A stretch of DNA of 43,068 bases from an uncultured Candidatus Saccharibacteria bacterium (GTDB taxonomy: Bacteria > Patescibacteriota > Minisyncoccia > Ryanbacterales > GWA2-47-10b), in assembly GCA_964653715.1 (NCBI GenBank), contig CAZZGX010000019.1, forward strand, positions 1 to 43,068. The letters are read 5' to 3'. This document shows, piece by piece, positions 16,428-24,193 of the stretch (the stretch's first letter is position 1; the number at the start of each line of letters is the position of its first letter). The position numbers and the translations under genes are program-made. A model generated the notes under the pieces. That model had not been told where the DNA came from and did no database searches. It was given only the letters and a program-made list of their open reading frames with translations.

Positions 16428-17210
16428 ATGGATATGGAAACAAAAAATATGAAACTTTCTTTGGAGCCGAATCCTCAGGGTTTTTTGCGCTTGCTCGTAT
16501 CTTTGGTATTTGTCTCTCTTTTTATATTTCTCGGCACACGGACCTATCGGGAATTTCGCGAGGCAAAAAGTTTGTTTCCGCAAAGTGTTGTTCAGGTCTC
16601 AGCTGAAGGAAAGATAAAAGCAAAGCCCGACATTGGGCAGGTCTCACTCGCAATCCAACGCGAGGCAAAGACCGTGGCGGAAGCTCAAAAAAACGCGACG
16701 GATGCCGCTAACAAAGTTTTCGATTTTATCAAATCAAAAGGTGTTGAAGAAAAAGATATTGTTACCGATTACTCAATCTATCCGCAATACGATTACATTG
16801 AAAAGCGCGGCCAAGTACTTCGCGGGTATCAAGTGCGCCAAAGCCTCACGGTTAAATTTAGAAATCTTGACGTAATTGGCGACGTACTTGGTGGAGTAAC
16901 CGAGAGGGGCGTTAATGAAATTGGAAATTTGAACTTTACAACAGAGGATCCCGAAAAATTACGTACCGCGGCGCGCGCGAAAGCCATTGATGCGGCAAAA
17001 CAAAAAGCGGTGTTACTCGAAAAAGAACTCGGAGTACGCTTTGGCAGGATCGTTAGTTTCAACGAATCTTCAGGCGGCGTACCACCGATCTACTATAGTA
17101 AAACTGACCGGATTGGCCTTGGCGCAGCAGCAGAGAGCGCGGCACCTCCTATCCCAACAGGCGAAAACGAGATCACGGTAAGCGTGACGCTCGTTTATGA
17201 GATCCGCTAG
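16428..17210 (+). CDS. SIMPL (DUF541/BP26-like) domain protein, membrane anchored
   Basis: N-terminal TM, then VSAEGKIKAKPDIGQVSLAIQ...AQKNATDAANKV...ENEITVSVTLVYEI layout typical of SIMPL. SD GGAG upstream. Confidence 0.7.
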   Translation: MDMETKNMKLSLEPNPQGFLRLLVSLVFVSLFIFLGTRTYREFREAKSLFPQSVVQVSAEGKIKAKPDIGQVSLAIQREAKTVAEAQKNATDAANKVFDFIKSKGVEEKDIVTDYSIYPQYDYIEKRGQVLRGYQVRQSLTVKFRNLDVIGDVLGGVTERGVNEIGNLNFTTEDPEKLRTAARAKAIDAAKQKAVLLEKELGVRFGRIVSFNESSGGVPPIYYSKTDRIGLGAAAESAAPPIPTGENEITVSVTLVYEIR

Positions 17211-17265
17211 ACCGAAGGTTTTTTATTGTGGCACTTGGTGTTGCTCTTTACAAAGTACGCGAGCG

Positions 17266-18138
17266 CTATTGATAGGTATACGTGGCCACCGCGTTGCCGC
17301 TCTCGTCTCGCAAGATTATCGAGTCTCGGACGTCCGACCAGATTTGTGTTGGTCGGTTGAGATAGATCCACCATTCCTTCGAATAAAAATCCTGATCGTA
17401 GCGATGATTTTGGAGACAGCCATTGTAGTTTACCGTTTTGGCAATATAGTCTCGGCACTCATTATCAAGATTGAGCGGCAAGTTGCGCGGTATGATGCAC
17501 GAGGAAAGAGAACGAAAATATTGGTAGCACGTGTCCGAAAACGAGTCTTGCCCGGGTTCACGATTTGGCGCGGGGCACGATCCCGAAAGCGGCGGCGTAA
17601 AAGAGTGAAATTGCCTGAAATATCCAGTACACCTGTTCGCGCGAAAACTGATACCAAGCGGACTTTGCCCAGTGACAATATGCAGAACCGTTCCTTTTTG
17701 GAGCAGAATGGAATCGATGTTTTGCGTATCTGAAACGCCAGGAAGATTGGTAGCGCGGCCAAGCCGGTAATCCTCGCCGCGGCTGTTTGAAATTGTCCAA
17801 TCCGAAACATTGACCGGATTTTGAGCCGAGGAGCTGTATGAGATGTCGACGTATTCTTTGTTTGGCTCTCGCGTGCGCGCCGTACCTTGAGAAATCGTCA
17901 AAAATTTTGAAAGCGGCTGGGGTTGGGTGGGTGGCGGAGGGGAAGGAGAAGTTTTTGGCGCGGGTCCGTCGCTACCCGGGAGGCTAAAGAAGGATGTTCG
18001 TTCTTTTACGACCCCAAACTCCGCGTTGGGGTTGGGTGGATTTGCGAGCGGCCCCTGCCGCACACTGCCCGAAGAAAAACTCGCCACCGCCACAACAATT
18101 ATGACGAGAGCCGCAAGCATCAGAGTTGCCCGGTCCAT
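17266..18138 (-). CDS. Membrane-anchored lamin-tail-domain (LTD)-like surface protein with Cys-rich C-terminal region
   Basis: TM helix, Pro-rich linker (SPSPPPPTQPQP), LTD-like EYVDISY...VNVSDWTISNSRGEDYRL, then a region with 7 Cys. Confidence 0.6.
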   Translation of the reverse strand: MDRATLMLAALVIIVVAVASFSSGSVRQGPLANPPNPNAEFGVVKERTSFFSLPGSDGPAPKTSPSPPPPTQPQPLSKFLTISQGTARTREPNKEYVDISYSSSAQNPVNVSDWTISNSRGEDYRLGRATNLPGVSDTQNIDSILLQKGTVLHIVTGQSPLGISFRANRCTGYFRQFHSFTPPLSGSCPAPNREPGQDSFSDTCYQYFRSLSSCIIPRNLPLNLDNECRDYIAKTVNYNGCLQNHRYDQDFYSKEWWIYLNRPTQIWSDVRDSIILRDESGNAVATYTYQ

Positions 18139-18144
18139 ACTAGT

Positions 18145-18153
18145 ACTTTAGCA
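18145..18153 (-). promoter_or_regulatory. Extended -10 TGcTAAAGT (minus strand) placing +1 on the LTD-protein ATG 18138
   Basis: Reverse complement of ACTTTAGCA; 6 nt (ACTAGT) to the ATG. Confidence 0.55.
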
Positions 18154-18179
18154 AAAAATATGGTACAAATATATCGAGT

Positions 18180-18971
18180 ATGAGAGAAATTGTGCTTGAT
18201 TTGGAGACGGAAAAGGAATTTCGGGAGGTGGGGGGCAAGGAAAATATGCATCTTCTGGGCGTTTCCGTTGTCGGGGTGTACCGATACGACAAAGACCTTT
18301 TTTATGCTTATGAGAAGGACGAATTTACAGCACTTGAATCCATACTCGAAGCGTGCGAGCTTCTCATCGGCTTCAATATCAATCATTTTGATCTGCCGGT
18401 GCTTCAGCCGCACGTAACACTCCGTCTTGAACGAGTTCCGGTTCTTGATCTAATGTCAGACATCGAGAAATTTTTGGGATTCCGCGTCTCACTCGACAAT
18501 TTATCCCGTGCCACAATCAACGCCTCAAAATCAGGTATTGGGCTTGAAGCTCTCTCATGGTGGCGCGCGGGCGAAAAGCAAAAAGTTAAGGAGTACTGCT
18601 TGCAGGATGTGAGGCTCACGCGGGATCTCTATGAGTTCGGCAAGCGCGAGGGTTTTATCTTTGGCGACACGCGTGACCGCGGACGCGTTAAAATTCCGGT
18701 CACATGGGGCTCGACTCTCTTTTCTCCAAAAAAAATCCTTGGGGACGGGCTCGAAAAGCGCCGCGCGGTCGAGATTGAATACGCGGCCGATCCAAAGTTT
18801 CCACCAGAACGCCGCCTTGTGGAAGTTCATAAAATCGCAGGCGATACGTTTCTCGCGTTTTGCCATCTCCGCCAAGCGCCACGCACGTTTCAAATAGATC
18901 GCGTTATGCGCGCGACACTTACCAACGAAACCTATCAACTACACCAAGATGTCCAACGAAGTCTTATTTAA
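18180..18971 (+). CDS. DEDDy-type 3'-5' exonuclease (RNase H-like) fused to a C-terminal WYL-like domain
   Basis: ExoI VLDLETE, ExoII GFNINHFDLPVL, ExoIII YCLQDVRLTRDLY. The C-terminus RRAVEIEYAAD...RRLVEVHKIAGDTFLAFCHLRQAPRTFQIDRVMRATL fits the WYL pattern, with FLAF in place of WYL. Confidence 0.6.
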   Translation: MREIVLDLETEKEFREVGGKENMHLLGVSVVGVYRYDKDLFYAYEKDEFTALESILEACELLIGFNINHFDLPVLQPHVTLRLERVPVLDLMSDIEKFLGFRVSLDNLSRATINASKSGIGLEALSWWRAGEKQKVKEYCLQDVRLTRDLYEFGKREGFIFGDTRDRGRVKIPVTWGSTLFSPKKILGDGLEKRRAVEIEYAADPKFPPERRLVEVHKIAGDTFLAFCHLRQAPRTFQIDRVMRATLTNETYQLHQDVQRSLI

Positions 18972-19464
18972 AAAAATATTTCATAAACTTTCGGGCGAAC
19001 TCTTGTCACTCCCGGAAGTGATGGAGGAGATTAAGACCTATATTTTGGCGCACCCAAAAGCGTCCTACGAGATCGTGATTGGGAGCGACTCGCAAGCGCT
19101 CCTTGAAGGGGAGACGGCGTTTGTGGCGGCAGTCGTCGTGCGCCGTGTTGGCAACGGCGGGATTCATTTTTGGACTCGGCATCAGCAAAAGTTTTTTAAT
19201 TTTCAGGATCGGATTTGGAAAGAGGCGATGCTCTCGATCACGCTCGCGCAGGAGTTCCGCAGTCTCATGAGAGATATTCTTGGTGATGAGATGTTTTGGG
19301 ACGGCCGCGTCGAGTTTCGCTGTATTCATCTTGATGTGGGTGAAAATGGTCCTACTCGAGACTTTATCGACGGACTTTCGGGCATGGTCAAAGGATACGG
19401 CTTTGTCCCGGTCATCAAGCCCTATTCCTACGGCGCGTTTGTCGTTGCCAACAAGCACACGTAA
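18949..19464 (+). CDS. YkuK/DUF458-like RNase H-fold protein
   Basis: YEIVIGSDSQ...TAFVAAVVVRRVGNGGIHFW...RIWKEAMLSITLAQE recalls the DUF458 pattern. Overlaps the upstream gene by 23 nt. Confidence 0.55.
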   Translation: MSNEVLFKKIFHKLSGELLSLPEVMEEIKTYILAHPKASYEIVIGSDSQALLEGETAFVAAVVVRRVGNGGIHFWTRHQQKFFNFQDRIWKEAMLSITLAQEFRSLMRDILGDEMFWDGRVEFRCIHLDVGENGPTRDFIDGLSGMVKGYGFVPVIKPYSYGAFVVANKHT

Positions 19465-19611
19465 AAATTGTTCACAGAGCTCACAATTTTTGAGTCTTGA
19501 GTAACGAGTATTTTGTAATGAGAGCTTTCTATGCGTGCGAGTGTTGGTGAACAATTTTTCCCAAAGTACTAATTACTCGCACTAATTACTCACTTCAGGT
19601 GCTAGGAAAAC

Positions 19612-19836
19612 GTGTTCGATTTTGAAAAACTCGACGTTTATTCGAAGGCAAAAATACTTAATAGAGAGGTTATTGGGTTCCTGCGCGATACAAAAGCAAT
19701 TGATTCGTATATTCGCGATCAGCTCAAGCGCGCATCTATTAGTAGCGTCATAAATATCGCCGAAGGTAGCGGGAAGTTTTCTAAGGCTGATAAGCGAAAA
19801 TTTTATACACATACAAAACTGGTCATGTCCTCGTAG
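19612..19836 (+). pseudogene. 3'-truncated four-helix-bundle protein gene (23S rRNA IVS protein / Avd-like family)
   Basis: FDFEKLDVYSKAKIL...QLKRASISSVINIAEGSGKFSKADKRKFY matches the first ~65 of ~115-120 residues of the family. The frame then runs into tRNA-Arg (10-nt overlap). GTG start. Confidence 0.6.
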
Positions 19837-19898
19837 TTCAACGGATAGAACGCTGGCCTCCGAAGCCGGTAATGGCAGTTCGAATCTGCCCGAGGACA
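19827..19898 (+). tRNA. tRNA-Arg (anticodon CCG)
   Basis: Hand-folded cloverleaf: acceptor GTCCTCG/CGAGGAC, D stem GTTC/GAAC, anticodon loop CTCCGAA, T arm GGCAG-TTCGAAT-CTGCC. 72 nt; no encoded CCA. Confidence 0.85.
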
Positions 19899-19942
19899 CT
19901 ATCAAAATATTTAGAAAAAATATTTCTCGAGAGCCCCGGCTC

Positions 19943-19971
19943 TTGACAAACGAAAAATTTTCATCTATCCT
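19943..19971 (+). promoter_or_regulatory. TTGACA-17-TATCCT promoter for the 20013 gene
   Basis: -35 at 19943-19948 and -10 at 19966-19971. Confidence 0.5.
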
Positions 19972-20012
19972 TTGATTAGAATAGTCTTTTTACGAGGGCA
20001 GGGAGGTGTCGG

Positions 20013-20411
20013 ATGACATATTTTGAGATTTATCTCTTGAGTAGTCTAGCGATTGGTATGTTCTTTCTTGTGGGTCCTGTCGTTGGAAAATTGAGGGATC
20101 GTGTGCATGGGCGGCAGGCAAAAAAGGCTTTCAAAAAAGTTTTCGATGGTCTTGAGCCTTTCTACAACGAAGAAGATATCGATAAAAAAGAAAAAATTCT
20201 CCGCAAACTCTCAATTCTTGAGCGCCTAAGCGCAATTGCGCTTAGAAAGTACCAGGATTTTTTGAGAAGCCGCAAAACTAGTTTTGTTGAGGAGGTTTCT
20301 TTTGATGCCGCTCTCCATGAGCTTGAGAAAAAGTATCATGATACTACCGCCTTGACTCACAGGGCTCGTAAGCTCGCTTATCAATACGGATATCTTGGCG
20401 AACAGACTTAG
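20013..20411 (+). CDS. Hypothetical membrane-anchored coiled-coil protein
   Basis: N-terminal TM (IYLLSSLAIGMFFLVGPVVG), SD GGGAGG, own TTGACA-17-TATCCT promoter and a downstream terminator. No family recognised. Confidence 0.6.
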   Translation: MTYFEIYLLSSLAIGMFFLVGPVVGKLRDRVHGRQAKKAFKKVFDGLEPFYNEEDIDKKEKILRKLSILERLSAIALRKYQDFLRSRKTSFVEEVSFDAALHELEKKYHDTTALTHRARKLAYQYGYLGEQT

Positions 20412-20441
20412 CGCTCCCTCATCAATTCCTATTCACGCTAA

Positions 20442-20466
20442 CCCCGCACCACGGGGTTTTATTTTT
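20442..20466 (+). terminator. Intrinsic terminator
   Basis: CCCCG-cacca-CGGGG followed by TTTTATTTTTT. Confidence 0.7.
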
Positions 20467-20494
20467 TCCGCGATCGAGTACAATTAAGTCCCAA

Positions 20495-20566
20495 GGGCGG
20501 TTAGCTCAGCGGCAGAGCATTCGCTTTACACGCGAAGGGTCGTAGGTTCAAATCCTACACCGCCCA
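20495..20566 (+). tRNA. tRNA-Val (anticodon TAC)
   Basis: Acceptor GGGCGGT/ACCGCCC, anticodon arm TTCGC-TTTACAC-GCGAA, T arm GTAGG-TTCAAAT-CCTAC. 72 nt. TACAAT -10 at 20479-20484. Confidence 0.9.
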
Positions 20567-20589
20567 TACTTTTTTCTTTACGCTTTTTT

Positions 20590-20598
20590 TGCTATACT
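20590..20598 (+). promoter_or_regulatory. Extended -10 TGcTATACT upstream of the tRNA 5' fragment and tRNA-Phe
   Basis: Predicted +1 near 20605, 5 nt before the fragment. Confidence 0.5.
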
Positions 20599-20609
20599 CA
20601 CTTTTATTT

Positions 20610-20643
20610 GCCGCGGTAGCTCAGTGGTAGACCTGCCCGCCGC
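20610..20643 (+). pseudogene. tRNA 5' fragment (acceptor 5' strand + D arm) duplicated upstream of tRNA-Phe
   Basis: GCCGCGGTAGCTCAGTGGTAGA matches positions 1-22 of the downstream tRNA-Phe at 19/22. No anticodon or T arm follows. CCGCCGC at 20637-20643 could pair 6/7 with the 5' strand. Confidence 0.6.
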
Positions 20644-20652
20644 TTCTAAATT

Positions 20653-20724
20653 GCCGGAGTAGCTCAGTGGTAGAGCGCTTGCCTGAAGAGCAAGGCGTCG
20701 CCAGTTCGATTCTGGCCTCCGGCA
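20653..20724 (+). tRNA. tRNA-Phe (anticodon GAA)
   Basis: Acceptor GCCGGAG/CTCCGGC, D arm GCTC-AGTGGTA-GAGC, anticodon arm CTTGC-CTGAAGA-GCAAG, T arm GCCAG-TTCGATT-CTGGC. Confidence 0.9.
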
Positions 20725-20730
20725 CAAAAC

Positions 20731-20761
20731 AAAAATCCCCCGCCACGGCGGGGGATTTTTG
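20731..20761. terminator. Bidirectional GC-rich hairpin terminator between tRNA-Phe and hsp20
   Basis: AAAAATCCCCCGCC-ac-GGCGGGGGATTTTT; A-run and T-run on either side. Confidence 0.8.
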
Positions 20762-20764
20762 GTC

Positions 20765-21277
20765 TTACTCGTTTTTTACGCGCAAGCGTTCAGTTCGGTT
20801 TTTGTCGAGCTTGGGAAGGCGAACTGTCAGAAGCCCTTGTTTAAGTGAAGCCTCCGCGCCGTCTACGTCTACCTCTTGTGGGAGCGTAATCGCTCGTGAA
20901 AATGTTCCCCAGTAGAGTTCCTGAAAAAAATAATTGTCGCGGTCGATTTGGCGTGATTGTTCTCGCTTGCCGCGAAGCGTCACCATGTCACGTGTTATCT
21001 GCACGTCCAGATCATCCGGCCGCACGCCCGCCACGGTAGACTGAATGATGATCTCGTTCTCAGTTTGAAAGACGTCAATCGTAAGCTGACCCTCTTCTTC
21101 GGCTGCCGCCGTCCAGTCTCCCTCATCTTTGACGGGAGCGCGCTTGGGAGGCCGGGTTTTTATTTGCGAAACCGCAAAACGCGCCCGCGGCGTTTCCTCT
21201 TCCTCTTCTTCATAATACTCCTCAGCCGGGACTGATCCGGTGAGGCGTTCGAAAAATGATCGTCGATCTTTAGGCAT
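20765..21277 (-). CDS. Hsp20/alpha-crystallin family small heat-shock protein
   Basis: ACD signature: LTIDVFQTENEIIIQSTVAGVRPDDLDVQI...GTFSRAITLPQEVD...ASLKQGLLTVRLPK. Start re-picked at MPKDRR (21277), an 8-nt overlap with prsW. Confidence 0.9.
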   Translation of the reverse strand: MPKDRRSFFERLTGSVPAEEYYEEEEEETPRARFAVSQIKTRPPKRAPVKDEGDWTAAAEEEGQLTIDVFQTENEIIIQSTVAGVRPDDLDVQITRDMVTLRGKREQSRQIDRDNYFFQELYWGTFSRAITLPQEVDVDGAEASLKQGLLTVRLPKLDKNRTERLRVKNE

Positions 21278-22034
21278 GGGTGTAAAATAATTTATGTTTA
21301 ATTCGCTCAAACCCGAAGAGAAGAAATATTCCGATGATCGAGAGAAAGATGAGCGCAGTCTCGGCCTTCGACCCCGTTGATAATAGTATAAGAAGATTGA
21401 AAGTAGTGTGCAAGAGAGTGGCGAAGAAAAGACCGAAAAAGAGCGCTATTTCTTTGCGAAGGCGCGTTTTAAAGAAAGATCCAGCTATAAAATAGCCTAA
21501 AACTCCAGAAGTAAGTGCGTGAAGTGGGGTCGCACCGATGAAACGGAGGTTGGAAATCTGAAACCCGGGCGAGAATCCTTGCCGAAACGGCTCGATGAGG
21601 TACAGTGCGTTTTCCACAGCCGCGAAACCAAGGGCGGCGGTAATGAGGTAGATCATGGCGTCCGCCGGCTCATTGTAGTCTCTACGCCAAAAAATAAGGG
21701 CGTGAACGAGATAGTATTTAGAAAATTCTTCCGCGAGCGCGTATCCCCAGAGAAGCAAAAGGCTCCAGATGGGATCAAGAGGCGTTTGAAACAGTGGGAA
21801 AACCCTGTCGTCGCATAAATGCCGGGGCTCGATGCCGATTAAACTCCCAAATCCTCGGCACCATCCCCATGAGAGAGCGAACGCGATCGGGATCGAAAAC
21901 ATTCCCGAGAGAAACGCGGTTACCAAGAGTCGATTTGGTTCCGGATTTTCGTCCTCTTTCAGCCAGAAAAAAAGCCAAACAAAGGCCGGGATGAATCCAC
22001 CCGCGAATATAAAAAAAATTGTTTCCCAGTTCAT
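21270..22034 (-). CDS. PrsW family intramembrane metalloprotease
   Basis: Polytopic membrane protein with ALAEEFSKYY (EExxK), FAAVENALY and PLHALTSG motifs. Confidence 0.75.
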   Translation of the reverse strand: MNWETIFFIFAGGFIPAFVWLFFWLKEDENPEPNRLLVTAFLSGMFSIPIAFALSWGWCRGFGSLIGIEPRHLCDDRVFPLFQTPLDPIWSLLLLWGYALAEEFSKYYLVHALIFWRRDYNEPADAMIYLITAALGFAAVENALYLIEPFRQGFSPGFQISNLRFIGATPLHALTSGVLGYFIAGSFFKTRLRKEIALFFGLFFATLLHTTFNLLILLSTGSKAETALIFLSIIGIFLLFGFERIKHKLFYTHA

Positions 22035-24193
22035 AGCTCCTCAACAATCAAAAGACCCCGATTCTCTATAGGAAGCATACTCCAGATGAATTCGGTAACA
22101 AAAGGGACAAACGGGTTAAGTTCTTTAAGAAGTGTCGCCAAGACGTAAAACAATGTCTGATGCGTCTCTTCACAATCGTCTCCTTTCGCCGCTTCAAGAT
22201 ACACGTCACAGAACGTATGCCAGTAAAAATCGTACGCGGTATGGAGCGCGTGTCCAAACTCAAGCGCCTCAAAATGTTTTTTAATTTCTTTTCGAGTCTC
22301 CTCAAGCGCGCGGAGGATTGTCACGTTTTCTTCCCGTGTTATTTTTTTTGGCGGCCGCAATTTTCGTTTTCCCGAGCCGATACGCGTGAGTACCAGTCGC
22401 GCCGAGTTCCAGATTTTATTTAAGAATTTTTTCCCCGCGCGGAGCGAGTCTTCCGACCAATGGATATCTTGTGTTGACATCGCTTGCCAGACGATACCAA
22501 AGCGAGTTGCGTCTATCCCGTATTCTTTAATGAGCTTCATTGGGTCGACAATGTTGCCCTTCGATTTTGACATTTTTTTGCCTGAAGTATCAAGTATCGT
22601 TGGGTGCGTATAGATCATTGCAAACGGCGGCTTTTTCATAAACTCGATGCCGGAGAAAAGCATGCGGAAAATCCAAAGAAAAAATATTTCACGGGCGGAA
22701 GTGATAAGAACGGTCGGGTAATATGTTTTGAGATCCAGAGTTTCCTCGGGCCATCCAAGTGTTACAAATGGCCAGAGAGCCGAAGAGAACCACGTATCAA
22801 GCACATCCGTCGTTTGTTCCCAGGATTTTTTGCATTTTTTGCATATTTCTACTGGCGCCGTGAGGCCTACTTCCCATTTTTGATTTTCGATGCATCCACA
22901 ATGCCAGGCGGGAATCCGATGTCCCCACCAGAGCTGGCGCGATATGTTCCAGTCTTTGACTTCAGAGATCCAATCGAGCATAATGCGTTTTCGCTGAGGA
23001 GGGACGAACGTTACCCGGTTTTTTGTAATCGCCTCTTTTGCTTTTTCAGCAAGTTTTTTCATCACAACAAACCATTGATCAGAAAGTAGCGGTTCTATGA
23101 GTGACTCGCATCGGGTGCATTTGGCGACTGAATGCGCATACTCTTCAATCTTCTCAATAAGTTCAAGCGCTTTTAAATCTTCAACGATTTTAAGGCGCGC
23201 CGCGGAAGCCGTGAGCCCCTCATAGCGAAGCCCCGCCACCTTTGTCATGCGGCCGTCCTCACCTATAATTTTGATGACGGCTATTTCTGGATGGCGCGTG
23301 TAAATTTCGTAGTCGATCGCGTCATGCGCCGGCGTTACTTTAATAATTCCTGTCCCGAACGCGGGATCAGCAGCCTCGTCTCCCACCACCAAAAGACCAA
23401 TTTTTTTAGCGCGAGCGGGTTTTTCACCCGGAATTGAGGGATCGACGCTCTCGATAGACACTTCTTTCCCTACGTATTGCCAGTACCGCTCGTCGCTGGG
23501 GTGTACGGCAAGCGCCGTGTCGCCGAGTTTTGTCTCCGGCCGCGTTGTTGCTACGATAAGCGGTCCATATCTAATATAGTAGAGCGAGCCTTTTTTTTCT
23601 TCATATTCAACTTCGAGGTCCGAAAGGGTTGTTTGGCAATGTGAGCACCAATTAACCACGCGCTTGCCGCGGTAGATGTATCCTTTCTCGTGATAGTTGA
23701 GAAATACCCGTTCAACCGCATGCTGATATCCTTCGTCCATAGTGAAATGACTTCGGGACCAGTCAACTGAAATGCCAAGCGATTTCAGCTCCTGATCGAT
23801 CGCGGAACCGTATTCGCGCATCCATTCCCACATGCGTTCAAGAAATTTTTCCCGCCCGAGTGTATGACGATTTTTGCTTTCTTTTTTGAGTTCTTTTTCA
23901 ACGACGTTTTGCCCCGCAATCCCCGCGTGATCTTTCCCCGGGAGAAACAGCGTCTTAAATCCTTCCATCCGTTTGCGGCGTATGACGACGTCCGAAATAA
24001 TATTTTCGAGCGCGTGGCCGACGTGAATGTGCCCTGTTACGTTTGGAGGCGCCATCATAATGGTGAATGGCTTGCGACGCGTCGCGTCGGGTAGCGAATC
24101 CGGATTAAAAAAACCCGACGCTTCCCACGCGCGGTAGATTTCTTCTTCATGTTCTTTCGGCTCGTAGCTTTTTGGCAAATCCTCGAGTTTCAC
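22031..24193 (-). CDS. valS: Valine--tRNA ligase (short form, 720 aa)
   Basis: HIGH-type PPNVTGHIHVGHAL, KMSKS (GKKMSKSKGN) and a ValRS-like N-terminus YEPKEHEEEIYRAWE. Lacks the usual C-terminal coiled coil. Confidence 0.9.
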   Translation of the reverse strand: MKLEDLPKSYEPKEHEEEIYRAWEASGFFNPDSLPDATRRKPFTIMMAPPNVTGHIHVGHALENIISDVVIRRKRMEGFKTLFLPGKDHAGIAGQNVVEKELKKESKNRHTLGREKFLERMWEWMREYGSAIDQELKSLGISVDWSRSHFTMDEGYQHAVERVFLNYHEKGYIYRGKRVVNWCSHCQTTLSDLEVEYEEKKGSLYYIRYGPLIVATTRPETKLGDTALAVHPSDERYWQYVGKEVSIESVDPSIPGEKPARAKKIGLLVVGDEAADPAFGTGIIKVTPAHDAIDYEIYTRHPEIAVIKIIGEDGRMTKVAGLRYEGLTASAARLKIVEDLKALELIEKIEEYAHSVAKCTRCESLIEPLLSDQWFVVMKKLAEKAKEAITKNRVTFVPPQRKRIMLDWISEVKDWNISRQLWWGHRIPAWHCGCIENQKWEVGLTAPVEICKKCKKSWEQTTDVLDTWFSSALWPFVTLGWPEETLDLKTYYPTVLITSAREIFFLWIFRMLFSGIEFMKKPPFAMIYTHPTILDTSGKKMSKSKGNIVDPMKLIKEYGIDATRFGIVWQAMSTQDIHWSEDSLRAGKKFLNKIWNSARLVLTRIGSGKRKLRPPKKITREENVTILRALEETRKEIKKHFEALEFGHALHTAYDFYWHTFCDVYLEAAKGDDCEETHQTLFYVLATLLKELNPFVPFVTEFIWSMLPIENRGLLIVEEL

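Noticed and set aside
19582-19905. 107-aa minus-strand ORF
   Set aside because: It lies antisense to both the four-helix-bundle remnant and tRNA-Arg, and has no motifs.
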